NCBI GenBank assembly: GCA_903893315.1
Contig: CAITLU010000031.1
Coordinates: 14,402 to 78,401 of the forward strand
DNA: 64,000 nucleotides
Reading direction: 5' to 3'
Origin: an uncultured bacterium
GTDB lineage: Bacteria; Desulfobacterota; Binatia; UBA1149; CAITLU01
Within the stretch, counting starts at the first letter, position 1; the number at the start of each line of letters is the position of its first letter. Both the position numbers and the translations under genes were made by a program. The notes under the pieces were generated by a model that did not search any database, was not told the DNA's origin, and was given only the letters and a program-made list of their open reading frames with translations. Positions 17,557 through 27,287 of the stretch are shown piece after piece.

Positions 17557-19128
17557 ATGGGCAACGCGATCAACCGCGCGGCGGACGCCAGCCGGGCCCA
17601 AGCGATCATCCTCGTTGTCGGTTTCTTCGTCCTGATCTCGGGAACCACTTTCGTAGCTGCCAGCGGTCAGGGAGCCGGCTTCCTTGTGGCCTTTGCCGCG
17701 GTGCTTGGCGCCTACGCGGTGTTGCGGTATCCATTCCTGGGCGTTTTCGCTTTCCTGATGACCTTTCTGTTTACGTATCCGGAACCGCTGCGAGGTTCCG
17801 GCAACTTTACGATCAACAATCTGCTCGGGGTGGTGCTCGTTCCGATTTTATTGTTCGGGACTTTGCGTGACGGCATCGGCTGGTTTTGGAGGACTCGGCC
17901 GTTGGTGGCGCTGCTGGCCACCATGGTGATCCTGCTTTCATCCGGCGTGGTCTACAATCGCTACGTCGGCGACGTCGAGGGAAGAGCGACAATTGAGGAG
18001 CGCAAGGGCGTCAGCAAGGAACTCTACGGTCAGCGTAAAGCCGGCGGAGAACTCCTTGTCCGCACTCGTGACCCCAGGATCAAAATCGTCACGCGCTACG
18101 CGTTCTTGCTGTTTTTTGTGTTTTTCGTGCGTACTCCGCGGCAGATCAAAGTAGTGATTGCGTTGCTGCTTTCCGTGTTGCTGCTGAGCTACATGAACGT
18201 GAGTAGCGAGGCTGGCGAACTCGGCTGGGGCAAGGGAAGGCTACGGGTAGTGGGCGACGCGGGGGTCGCACTCTATGCAGGAAGCAACCCGAACAAACTC
18301 GCATTCTACATCATGCTGTGTGCAACCTTCCTCTGGTATGCGCGTACACGTATAGCTTCCAACTGGGGAAGGCTTTTGTGCATGGGCGCTTTCGCTGTCT
18401 GCATGGTCAACCTTCTTATGACCGGTTCGCGTAGCGGTCTTTTGAGCGAGGTGGTTTTCTTCGGCATCGTGATGCTCGAGGGAAAGATCACGTACCGCAA
18501 ACTTTTCGGCGCGGCGTTGGCGGGGATGCTGCTTCTGGTTCAGGTGGGGTACGACGTCAACGTTCTCGAGTTGTTTCTACCGAGGCAAACTGCGGAGCGA
18601 CTCGGGCGCTTGAGGGGCGCTGGCGACATTTTGTCTGAAGGTCAGACGGTTGAGGGGTCATTCCAGAAGCGCGTTCGCAAACTGGGAGAGACCGCAGGGA
18701 TGATCACCATTGCGCCCCTTCTCGGTGTGGGACTCGAAAACTATGAGACGGTTTCTCAGATTTATGATCCTGCCGGGGTGGGCGGACCACCGCACAATTC
18801 TTACCTGTGGGCCGCGACGGAGGGCGGGCTCGTGACGCTCGGGCTCTACCTGTTCTGTTTCTATTGGATGCTCAAGGAACTGTTCGGGATTTCTCGCGAC
18901 TATGCGGGGCGTTTCGGGCCGGTGGATGCGTTTTGGATGGTCAACGCCGTGCGCACGGCGTTGCTCATGTTCCTGTTTTTCTCGTTCTTCGCTGACGTTT
19001 GGAATCACGTGTACTTTTACGTGATCGCAGGTCTCGGCTTGTCGCTGATACGGGTCCACCTTACTTATGCAGAGACTGGGCATGTCCCCGGCACGCAAAT
19101 CGGTCCGCCGGGGGCAGCTCCCGTATGA
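17557..19128 (+). CDS. O-antigen ligase/Wzy-type polymerase family membrane protein
   Basis: Polytopic; NPNKLA, TGSRSG, PLLGVG..NY and PPHNSYL...EGG motifs. Confidence 0.85.
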   Translation: MGNAINRAADASRAQAIILVVGFFVLISGTTFVAASGQGAGFLVAFAAVLGAYAVLRYPFLGVFAFLMTFLFTYPEPLRGSGNFTINNLLGVVLVPILLFGTLRDGIGWFWRTRPLVALLATMVILLSSGVVYNRYVGDVEGRATIEERKGVSKELYGQRKAGGELLVRTRDPRIKIVTRYAFLLFFVFFVRTPRQIKVVIALLLSVLLLSYMNVSSEAGELGWGKGRLRVVGDAGVALYAGSNPNKLAFYIMLCATFLWYARTRIASNWGRLLCMGAFAVCMVNLLMTGSRSGLLSEVVFFGIVMLEGKITYRKLFGAALAGMLLLVQVGYDVNVLELFLPRQTAERLGRLRGAGDILSEGQTVEGSFQKRVRKLGETAGMITIAPLLGVGLENYETVSQIYDPAGVGGPPHNSYLWAATEGGLVTLGLYLFCFYWMLKELFGISRDYAGRFGPVDAFWMVNAVRTALLMFLFFSFFADVWNHVYFYVIAGLGLSLIRVHLTYAETGHVPGTQIGPPGAAPV

Positions 19129-20432
19129 GGCGAGTCGCCTATCTCTTTCCGCTCTTTCCCGTCATCAATCAGACCTTCACCCTTGCCGAAGTGATAGGGA
19201 TGAAAAAGCGGGGCTACGACATCCGGTTGTACTCGCTTCTTTCAAGGGTCGACGAGACCTTGCAACAGACGGAGGCCAAGGCCTTCATTTCCGAGACCCA
19301 CTACTGTCCGGGCTATGGCTCCAGGGCTCTTTGGGCTCCGTTTTTCCGGGGAGTTCTTCGTAACCCCGCGAGGGTTGCAGCTTTGTTCGCGACCCTGTGG
19401 CGGGCGTGGCGCCAGCACGTTCCGACCAGGCGCGGCGGCGCGTCTCCGCCTCCGGATACCTTTACTCTTGCGGAATGGATCGACGCTCTGTATCGCGGCA
19501 ACCGTTACTTCTACCTGATGAAGTCGTGGATGATGGTGCCCCACGCGCTCTACCTTGCCGAGGTTTTCGAGCGCGATGGCATCCCTCACGTCCATTGCCA
19601 CTGGGCGACATACCCGGCTACGGTCGGCATGCTGATCAAGCAGTGGTCGGGCATCCCGTTCAGCGTCACGGCCCACGCCTACGACATCCACATGATGCCT
19701 TGGATGCTGCCGGCCAAGCTCGAGGCCGCGGATTTCTTCGTGACCTGCGCTGACTACAACCGCCGCTATCTGAGCACGTTGTGCAGCGCGCAGGCGGCGT
19801 CTCGGATATTCCTCAACTATCACGGCACCGACCTTGATAGATTCCAACCCGGGCAGCGCGTGGCCGGTGATGAATTCCGGGTTGTAAGTGTAGGCTGGTT
19901 CAAGGAGTACAAGGGTTTCCATTTTGTGGTCGACGCGATAGCCACGATGACACGGCGCGGCATTAATGCGGTTTTCCATTTGGCAGGCGACGGGCCGCAA
20001 AGGGGCTATCTGGAGGAACAGGCCAAGCGTCTGGGAATCGGTGACCGGGTGGTCTTTCACGGATATCTTGCGCACGACCGCTTGGTTGGGCTTTACCGGG
20101 ACTGCGACGCCTTCGCGATGGGAAGCATCGAGATGACCAACTTCGGACGCCAGGACGTCATCCCCAATGTGATCGCGGAGGCGATGGCGGTGGGCCTTCC
20201 CATCGTGGCAACCCAAATGGGCGGAGTCTCCGAGCTGGTTGATGACGGCGAGAGTGGGCTGCTCGTGCCCCAGCGGGACCCCGCGGCGCTGGCCGACGCA
20301 CTGACCCGTGTTGCCACGGATCCGGAACTGGCTTCGCGTCTGCGCGCAGGTGGTCTGGCCAAGGTCCGACGTATCTGGGACCGCAATCGCAACCTCGACG
20401 AATTGGCAGAGCTCTTCAACCAGCGTATCTAA
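19125..20432 (+). CDS. GT4 glycosyltransferase (WcaL-like)
   Basis: FP..NQTF...EV, HVHCHWA, PFSVTAHAYDI and DVIPNVIAEAMA motifs; ATGA overlap with the upstream stop. Confidence 0.92.
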   Translation: MRRVAYLFPLFPVINQTFTLAEVIGMKKRGYDIRLYSLLSRVDETLQQTEAKAFISETHYCPGYGSRALWAPFFRGVLRNPARVAALFATLWRAWRQHVPTRRGGASPPPDTFTLAEWIDALYRGNRYFYLMKSWMMVPHALYLAEVFERDGIPHVHCHWATYPATVGMLIKQWSGIPFSVTAHAYDIHMMPWMLPAKLEAADFFVTCADYNRRYLSTLCSAQAASRIFLNYHGTDLDRFQPGQRVAGDEFRVVSVGWFKEYKGFHFVVDAIATMTRRGINAVFHLAGDGPQRGYLEEQAKRLGIGDRVVFHGYLAHDRLVGLYRDCDAFAMGSIEMTNFGRQDVIPNVIAEAMAVGLPIVATQMGGVSELVDDGESGLLVPQRDPAALADALTRVATDPELASRLRAGGLAKVRRIWDRNRNLDELAELFNQRI

Positions 20433-20476
20433 GTGCAGGTTCCGGATGCGTCGCGAGGCGCGGTAGCGTGAGTTAG

Positions 20477-21649
20477 ATGAGTTCGACCAGAAGGACAGAG
20501 TTCTTGCCGTTCCACCGGCCCTCGGTGGGAGAGGCTGAGATTGCGGAGGTAGTCGATACGCTGCGGTCCGGCTGGCTCACCATGGGGCCGAAGACACAGC
20601 GTTTCGAGGAGAAGTTCGCAGCTTATGTGGGGACCCGGCACGCAGTTGCGGTCAACTCGTGCACCGCGGCCTTGCATTTGCTTTTCGAAGCCCTTGGCCT
20701 CGGGCCCGGCGATGAGGTCATCACGACGCCCTACACTTTCACGGCGACGGTGGCCTCGGTTCTGTACACGGGGGCGACCCCGGTGCTGGTCGATACTCTG
20801 GCCGGCTATCCGAACATCGATCCGGAGGCGGTTGCGGCGCGCGTCAGCGAGCGCACCAAAGCCATCGTCCCCGTCCACTTCGCTGGCGTACCCTGCGACC
20901 TGGACCGGCTCGGGGAGATTGCCGCCGGTTGCGGCGCCTCGTTGATCGAGGACGCAGCCCACGCTCTGCCGGCCAGATACAAGGGACGCATGATCGGCGG
21001 GATCGGAGCTGCGACGGCCTTTAGCTTCTACGCCGGCAAGAACATGACTACCGGCGAAGGCGGCATGATCACGACCGACGACTCCGCGCTTGCTGATGCC
21101 CTCAAAATCCGCCGACTTCACGGCATCTCGCGCGACGCCTGGAAACGTTACACGGCTGAAGGCTCCTGGTACTACGAAGTCGAGGCTCTCGGCTTCAAAT
21201 ACAACATGACCGATATCAATGCGGCTCTGGGGCTTCATCAGCTTGACCGCCTGGCGGAGTTCCAGCGCCGTCGTTTGGAGATTGTCGCGCTCTACGATGA
21301 ATGCCTTGCGTCGGTGCCCGGGATCATCAGACCCGAAACGCCGCCGGACGTTGAGTCGGCATGGCACCTGTATGTGGTGCGTCTGGATTCGGAGCGGCTG
21401 CGGGTCACGCGCAACGAGGTAATCGAGTATCTCAAAGCAGACAACATCGGCACCAGCGTTCACTTCATTCCAGTCCCGCTGCACCCGCTCTACCAGCAGC
21501 GCCTCGGCTGCCGGCCGGAAGATTTTCCTAACGCCGTAGCTCTCTATGAGCAGTCGATCTCTCTTCCTCTGTTCCCGGACATGACCGACGACGATGTCCG
21601 AAGCGTGTGCCGTAGTTTGGGGCGCATCGCGACGGAGAACCGGAGATGA
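20477..21649 (+). CDS. DegT/DnrJ/EryC1/StrS sugar aminotransferase
   Basis: NSCTAALHL, IEDAAHA, FSFYAGKNMTTGEGG (PLP lysine) and GFKYNMTD motifs. Confidence 0.96.
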   Translation: MSSTRRTEFLPFHRPSVGEAEIAEVVDTLRSGWLTMGPKTQRFEEKFAAYVGTRHAVAVNSCTAALHLLFEALGLGPGDEVITTPYTFTATVASVLYTGATPVLVDTLAGYPNIDPEAVAARVSERTKAIVPVHFAGVPCDLDRLGEIAAGCGASLIEDAAHALPARYKGRMIGGIGAATAFSFYAGKNMTTGEGGMITTDDSALADALKIRRLHGISRDAWKRYTAEGSWYYEVEALGFKYNMTDINAALGLHQLDRLAEFQRRRLEIVALYDECLASVPGIIRPETPPDVESAWHLYVVRLDSERLRVTRNEVIEYLKADNIGTSVHFIPVPLHPLYQQRLGCRPEDFPNAVALYEQSISLPLFPDMTDDDVRSVCRSLGRIATENRR

Positions 21650-23064
21650 CCAAGGGGCAGGCAGCCGCCAAGCGTATCTTCGACTTTACGGGTGCCTCGG
21701 TCGGAATCATCATGGTTTCGCCCCTTTGGCTGCTGCTGGCGGGGCTGATCAAACTCGACTCCCACGGGCCGGTTTTCTTTCGTCAGGAGAGGGCGGCCGT
21801 TGGCGGCGGTACTTTCCGTATCTTCAAGTTCCGTACGATGGTCGCGGGGGCCTACCGCAGCGGCGCCCGGCTTACCGTCAGGCGAGACCCGCGAATAACC
21901 AACGTGGGACAAATCCTGCGGTGGACCAAACTGGACGAACTGCCCCAGCTTTTAAATGTGTTTTTGGGCGATATGTCATTCGTCGGTCCGCGTCCGGAGG
22001 ATCCCTACTTTACGAATTTCTACACCGCCGAGCAGCGCGAGGTACTTGCCGCCAAGCCGGGGGTTATAGGACCGAGCCAGGTAGAAGGGCGCGACGAGAT
22101 CGAAAAGTACCCAGATGACTGCGAGAACATCGAAGAGTTCTACCTCCACCACATTCTTCCGCCGAAGCTGGAGAGGGACCTTCACTACGTTCGCCATGCG
22201 ACCTTTCTGACTGACCTCCGGGTGCTCGCGTCCGGTCTCCTGTCGATACTGTGCAGTCAGTTCAAGGCCCGCTTTTTTGCCCGCACCCGCTACCGCCTGG
22301 CCGCACTGGTCGGGGACATTGTTCTGATGGTCGTGTCTTACCTGGGTGCCAACCTGATCAAGTTCGACTGGCGCCTGGGACCCGACGAATGGTCCTACAT
22401 AGGCAAGGCTCTGATCTGGGTTGTGGCTGTCAGGCCTCTTGTTTTCGTGTATTACGGCCTCTACCAACGGACCACGCGATGGATGGGGCGCCGCGACATG
22501 GCGGCCGTAGTTAAGGCTGTCAGCGTCAGTTCTGCCCTGTTGGTGGCCGGCACTTACTTCAGTCTTCAACATCACTCCCGGGCTGTTTTCGTCATCGACT
22601 GGATACTGCTGCTTTGCCTGATCGGCGGCTCACGCTATATGCTCGGCTCGATTCTGAGCGGCGCGGCCCGGCGCGAGGAGAAGGGCCCGTTCGTGAAGGT
22701 GCTGGTGGCGGGTTCGGGCCACGGTGGGGAAGCGATACTTCGCTCCCTGCTGGAGGATCCCGGTTCTCTTTTCATGCCCGTCGGCATCATCGACCACGAG
22801 CCGCACCGGTGGGGCGCGCTCATACACGGTGTTCGTGTGATGGGTGGAGCGACCGACATTGCCATGGCGGCCAGTACGCATGGAGTGGAGATGGTTCTCG
22901 TGTCCCTCGCCGATCTTGACCCCGTGATGGTCAGGGAGATCGTCGAGGCGTGCAGGAGGCTGGGCTTGGAGTGTCGTTTGGTCCCCGCGCTGTCCGATCT
23001 GCTTGCCCAGGATGCGGGCGAGCCGGTCAAGAGAATATTTCTCTCTTCGCAGGCGGGAGTATGA
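21646..23064 (+). CDS. Priming phosphoglycosyltransferase domain fused to a 4-TM + Rossmann (CapD/PglF-N-like) region
   Basis: [34 protein letters not shown]; followed by TM helices, [10 protein letters not shown] and PVGIID...[11 protein letters not shown]. Confidence 0.88.
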   Translation: MTKGQAAAKRIFDFTGASVGIIMVSPLWLLLAGLIKLDSHGPVFFRQERAAVGGGTFRIFKFRTMVAGAYRSGARLTVRRDPRITNVGQILRWTKLDELPQLLNVFLGDMSFVGPRPEDPYFTNFYTAEQREVLAAKPGVIGPSQVEGRDEIEKYPDDCENIEEFYLHHILPPKLERDLHYVRHATFLTDLRVLASGLLSILCSQFKARFFARTRYRLAALVGDIVLMVVSYLGANLIKFDWRLGPDEWSYIGKALIWVVAVRPLVFVYYGLYQRTTRWMGRRDMAAVVKAVSVSSALLVAGTYFSLQHHSRAVFVIDWILLLCLIGGSRYMLGSILSGAARREEKGPFVKVLVAGSGHGGEAILRSLLEDPGSLFMPVGIIDHEPHRWGALIHGVRVMGGATDIAMAASTHGVEMVLVSLADLDPVMVREIVEACRRLGLECRLVPALSDLLAQDAGEPVKRIFLSSQAGV

Positions 23065-24125
23065 CGGAAAAATGTATCAGGCCCGGCGACACTGTTCTCG
23101 TGACTGGAGGAGCCGGCTATGTCGGCTCCCATCTGGTCGGCATGCTTTTGAAGCGCGGCTATCAAGTGCGCGTGCTCGAAAATTATCTGTACGGGGCGGC
23201 AGGACTTCGTGACGTAAAAGATCCCGGCCTCGACCTCCAGTACGGCGACATCTGCAACATTCGCGACATGATTCGCGTCACCCGCGGCGTGCGCGCAGTG
23301 ATCGCGCTGGCCGCTCTCGTCGGAGATCCCGCGTGCGAGATCGATCACGACGAAACGATGGCGATCAACGTCGAGTCGACCAAACTGCTCTGCCAGGTCG
23401 TCAAGCATTACCCCGAGGTTGAGAGGGTGGTCTTTGCGTCGTCGTGCAGCGTGTACGGTGCGACCGAGGGACTGGTGCTCAACGAGGGTTCGCGGCTCAA
23501 TCCCGTCTCGTTCTACGCGCGTAGTCGGATCGTTTCCGAAAGTATCCTGCGACGTGAACTCGAAGGGCGCTCGGTGGTGACGCTGCGGCTAGGAACGGTG
23601 TTCGGAGCCTCTCCGAGGCCGCGTCTGGACCTGATGATCAACACCATGACCTGTCGCGCCGTTCGTGACGGGCTCATCACGGTGACGGACGGTGGCTCGT
23701 GGCGTCCGCACGTTCACGTGCGCGATGTTGCCGAAGCCTTTCTGCTGGCTGCCGAAGCTCCCGACGAGCACGCGACCGGCGAAATCTTCAACGTCGGTTG
23801 CAACGACAACAACATGACGATCTCCCACACCGCCGAGTTGATCGCCGCCAGGATCCCGGGAACGAGAGTAGAGTTTGGCGGCCGCGTCGACGATTTGCGC
23901 AGCTACCGTGTCAGCTTCGACAAGATCCGCCACGTGCTCGGGTTCGTTCCCTCGCGAAGCATAGAAGACGGCGTCGACGAGATCAGGGACTTGCTAGAGA
24001 AGCAGTCGATCGATTGGACCGACCCGCGATACTCCAACGTGAAGTGGTTGCAAGCCCACGGTTTCGGCGGCACCGGCCGCGTCCCGGTCGAAGGCGAACC
24101 GCACCCGGTCGGCGAATCGGCGTAG
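23061..24125 (+). CDS. NAD-dependent sugar epimerase/dehydratase (extended SDR)
   Basis: TGGAGYVGS, ALAALVGDPAC, FASSCSVYG and WRPHVHVRD motifs; ATGA overlap. Confidence 0.93.
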   Translation: MTEKCIRPGDTVLVTGGAGYVGSHLVGMLLKRGYQVRVLENYLYGAAGLRDVKDPGLDLQYGDICNIRDMIRVTRGVRAVIALAALVGDPACEIDHDETMAINVESTKLLCQVVKHYPEVERVVFASSCSVYGATEGLVLNEGSRLNPVSFYARSRIVSESILRRELEGRSVVTLRLGTVFGASPRPRLDLMINTMTCRAVRDGLITVTDGGSWRPHVHVRDVAEAFLLAAEAPDEHATGEIFNVGCNDNNMTISHTAELIAARIPGTRVEFGGRVDDLRSYRVSFDKIRHVLGFVPSRSIEDGVDEIRDLLEKQSIDWTDPRYSNVKWLQAHGFGGTGRVPVEGEPHPVGESA

Positions 24126-24176
24126 CGCGGGCGACGCGAAGTCTTTTCTCCTAGGACAGGGCAGGGCACTCCCATC

Positions 24177-25172
24177 ATGCGTGAGCACGGAACGCTCAGG
24201 ATCCTTCATTTCGGGCTGGGCGAGATCGGGATTGGGATCGCGCGGGAGACCGCGCGCATGGCGCGGCTTCAGAGCGTGGCTGCGGTCGATCTGGATCCTT
24301 CAAAGGTCGGTCGTTCGTTGGGGGCGCTGGCCGGGAGCGGTCCTTCTGACGTGATCGTGCGTGCTTCGCTGGCCGAGGCGCTTGCTGATGCCGGTTCGGC
24401 AGACGTCGCACTGCACTGTTCAGGTTCGCACATCGAAAGCATCGAGGGCAGCTTGATGGCGCTGATCGATGCGGGGTGCAACGTTGTGACGACGGCCGAA
24501 GAGGTCATCTGTCCCTACGTCGGCCATCCCGACGCGGCGGCAAGACTCGACGCCGCTGCCAAAAAAAATGGAGTCACGCTGTACGCGGCCGGCGTCAATC
24601 CGGGTTTTCTGATGGACCGTCTGCCCGTCTATCTCTCTTCGATGACGCTGGCACCGAGGTCGCTGCGCGCCACGCGTCTGGTCGATCTCTCGCAGCGTCG
24701 CAGCGCGCTCAGGCGCAAGATGGGCGTCGGCGAAGATGCGGCATCGGTACGCGAACGCACGCGCCGATTCGCGATAGGGCACGCCGGTTTTGCGGAGTCG
24801 GTGCAGTACGTGGCGCGGGCTCTTGGCTGGGCTGTCGGACCTGTCAGGCAGACGCTAGAACCGGTTGTGGCCGAGCGACGCGTGGAACGTGGAGGAGAGA
24901 TCGTCGAAGCCGGAGCAGTTCTTGGCTTGGCCCACACCGCGCACGCGGAAACGTCCGATGGTCACGAGATCTCGTTTTCATTGACGATGCGCCTGGACTG
25001 CAGCGAGCCCTTCGACGAGATCGAGATTGCAGGGCAGCCGCCCATCCTGGTGCGCTTTCCCTTTGGGCTGCACGGCGACCTGGCCACGCTGGCGAGCGCC
25101 GTCAACGCGGCCTCTTTCGTTGCCACCGCTGCTCCTGGCCTGATCAGTCAGCTGGTAACACCGACCGCCTGA
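24177..25172 (+). CDS. 2,4-diaminopentanoate dehydrogenase / dihydrodipicolinate-reductase-like (amine dehydrogenase family) protein
   Basis: GLGEIG Rossmann, NVVTTAEE, GVNPGFLMD, RKMGVG, GHAGFAES and GLHGD.AT motifs. Confidence 0.8.
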   Translation: MREHGTLRILHFGLGEIGIGIARETARMARLQSVAAVDLDPSKVGRSLGALAGSGPSDVIVRASLAEALADAGSADVALHCSGSHIESIEGSLMALIDAGCNVVTTAEEVICPYVGHPDAAARLDAAAKKNGVTLYAAGVNPGFLMDRLPVYLSSMTLAPRSLRATRLVDLSQRRSALRRKMGVGEDAASVRERTRRFAIGHAGFAESVQYVARALGWAVGPVRQTLEPVVAERRVERGGEIVEAGAVLGLAHTAHAETSDGHEISFSLTMRLDCSEPFDEIEIAGQPPILVRFPFGLHGDLATLASAVNAASFVATAAPGLISQLVTPTA

Positions 25173-25210
25173 AGGGCGAGTGCGGCAGACTTCCTCCGAG
25201 ACGAAATAAG

Positions 25211-26299
25211 ATGACGATGAACGCGCAGAATATGCCCGGACGAACAGACGGCAGGCTCAGGGTCGGCGTCGTTGGTTGTGGCACCATTGCCTTGGCCCAC
25301 ATCCCATACATTCAAAAAGCCGGCGGCGACCTGGTCGCGCTCGCTGATCTATCTATTCGGCAATCGAGTGAACTCGCCGATCGTTTCGGTGTGCAGAGGG
25401 TGTATCGCGGCGCCGAAGAGATGTTCGATCAGGAGCGACTCGACGTCGTTCACGTTCTCACCCCGCCTAACTCGCATGCGAAAGTTGCAGTGGCGGCTCT
25501 CGATCGTGGAATCGCCACTCTGGTAGAGAAGCCGATGGCTCTCGACCAAAATGAAGTAGCTGCCATGGCGGCTGCGGCCAAACGCTCGGGAGCCATCCTG
25601 ACGGTCGACCACAACCGTCTCTTCGATCCACCAATGTTGGAGGCACGGCGTCTCTGGGAAAGTGGAGAACTCGGCGACCTGGTAGCGATAGAGAGTTTTC
25701 AGGCAGGGCGTGCCAGCGATCGCGCGTGGCTCGGCGACATCGCCGGCGGCGGCCTGGGCGACCTCGTGCCGCACCCGCTGTATCTGCAACTGTATTTTCT
25801 CGGAGAGGTAGACGAACTCCACGCGACGGCGTTCTCGCCGTCGGGAGGAAGCGCGCCCGAAGAACTCCGCGTGCTGATGAAGGGCAGGGGCAAGACCGGG
25901 GTTCTGACCATCTCGATGAACACTGCGCCCGGAATGAACACGCTCAAACTTTGCGGAACCAAGATGACGGTCGAGGTGAATCTCAACAACATGACGCTCG
26001 TCAAGCGCCGTGATTACAAGGTTCCGAAGATCATCGCCAAACCGTTGCCGAATCTGGATGAAGCCTGGCAACTGGTGCGCCAGACCGGCCAGAACACCAT
26101 CGACTTCGTGCGTGGGCGTATCCGCTACTATCCAGGAATGGGAGAACTTATCACGCGCTTCTACGATGCCGTGCGTCGCGGGACCTCGGCTCCGGTCAGC
26201 ATAGAAGAGGCTGCCGCGGTCGTCGACGTTACCGGACGTATCTGGAGCGAGCTTGCCGCCGCTTCACAGACAGCGACACGCGGCGTGGTGGAGGCCTGA
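25211..26299 (+). CDS. Gfo/Idh/MocA family oxidoreductase
   Basis: VGVVGCGTIA, LTPPNSH, VEKPMA and GG.GDL.PH motifs. Start may be 25211, 25217 or 25232. Confidence 0.92.
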   Translation: MTMNAQNMPGRTDGRLRVGVVGCGTIALAHIPYIQKAGGDLVALADLSIRQSSELADRFGVQRVYRGAEEMFDQERLDVVHVLTPPNSHAKVAVAALDRGIATLVEKPMALDQNEVAAMAAAAKRSGAILTVDHNRLFDPPMLEARRLWESGELGDLVAIESFQAGRASDRAWLGDIAGGGLGDLVPHPLYLQLYFLGEVDELHATAFSPSGGSAPEELRVLMKGRGKTGVLTISMNTAPGMNTLKLCGTKMTVEVNLNNMTLVKRRDYKVPKIIAKPLPNLDEAWQLVRQTGQNTIDFVRGRIRYYPGMGELITRFYDAVRRGTSAPVSIEEAAAVVDVTGRIWSELAAASQTATRGVVEA

Positions 26300-26300
26300 A

Positions 26301-27287
26301 ATGCGCGCTTTCGTTACTGGCGGGACCGGATTTCTCGGACGGCGCGTGGTGCGGCGCCTCATCGAACGTGGCGACGAAGTTCTTGCGCTCGCGCGTGAAG
26401 GCAGCCGCAGCGAAGAACTCGTCGCGGCTGGAGCGACCGTAGTTGTTGGAGACCTCGGCGATGTAGGCTCGGTACTGGACAAGGTCGCGGAGTGTGACGT
26501 CGTATACCACGTCGGCGCGCGTGTACTGTCGCACGGAGACTGGGACGAGTTCTTCAGGGTAAACGTCGAAGCTACCCAGCGTCTGATGGATGCGGCATGG
26601 GCCGGCAAGGTGAAGCGCTTCGTGCACGTCAGTTCGCTCGGCATCTTCGAGATAGACCGCGACGGGTTGACCATTTCGGATACCGCCGACTACGACCGGC
26701 GGCCGACGTTGCGTGGCTTTTACACGCGATCGAAAATCGATGCCGACCGGTTGGCCTGTTCGGCGGCCCGTACGGGGAAAAACGTCGTGGTGCTGCGTCC
26801 CGGGCTCCTGTTCGGGCACGATCACCCCCAGCAACCGGTGTTTCTCGGCCGAGTTAAGAAGTTTCTGCGACCCGACCTCCTGCTGGTCGTTAGCACACCG
26901 CGCTACTTGCTGCCGCTGACCTACATCGAGAATGCAGCCGACGCGGTGGTTCTCGCGGGTGTCACCGAGGGCATCGACGGGTCGATAATCAACGTCATAG
27001 ACAATCCCGACCTGACGCAGGGGGAGTATTTCCGGACGCTCGGGCAGGTGCGTGCTGGGTCGTTGCGCGTGTTGTACGTTCCGGTGGCGTTGCTAGCACC
27101 GGCAGTCAAGGCGGTGGACGCGCTGCATCGTCTGATCAAGCGACGGCCATGGGCGGTTGCCTACCAGTTGTTGCGCTCCGAGCGCAGCACCCGTTACGCG
27201 ACCGACGTGGCTGCCGCGCGGCTGGGATGGAAGCCGCGCGTGGGTCTCCGCGAGGCCCTCGAGGAGTCGCTGCGGAAATCGGCGTGA
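26301..27287 (+). CDS. NAD-dependent epimerase/dehydratase family protein
   Basis: MRAFVTGGTGFLG, FVHVSS and YTRSK (YxxxK) motifs. Confidence 0.9.
   Translation: MRAFVTGGTGFLGRRVVRRLIERGDEVLALAREGSRSEELVAAGATVVVGDLGDVGSVLDKVAECDVVYHVGARVLSHGDWDEFFRVNVEATQRLMDAAWAGKVKRFVHVSSLGIFEIDRDGLTISDTADYDRRPTLRGFYTRSKIDADRLACSAARTGKNVVVLRPGLLFGHDHPQQPVFLGRVKKFLRPDLLLVVSTPRYLLPLTYIENAADAVVLAGVTEGIDGSIINVIDNPDLTQGEYFRTLGQVRAGSLRVLYVPVALLAPAVKAVDALHRLIKRRPWAVAYQLLRSERSTRYATDVAAARLGWKPRVGLREALEESLRKSA

Noticed and set aside
24476-25210. Long N-terminal extensions in the ORF track (also at 7098, 18999, 22950, 27149, 38997 and 53370)
   Set aside because: They overlap neighbouring genes or are not protein-like; downstream starts with SD sites or stop/start overlaps fit the families better.
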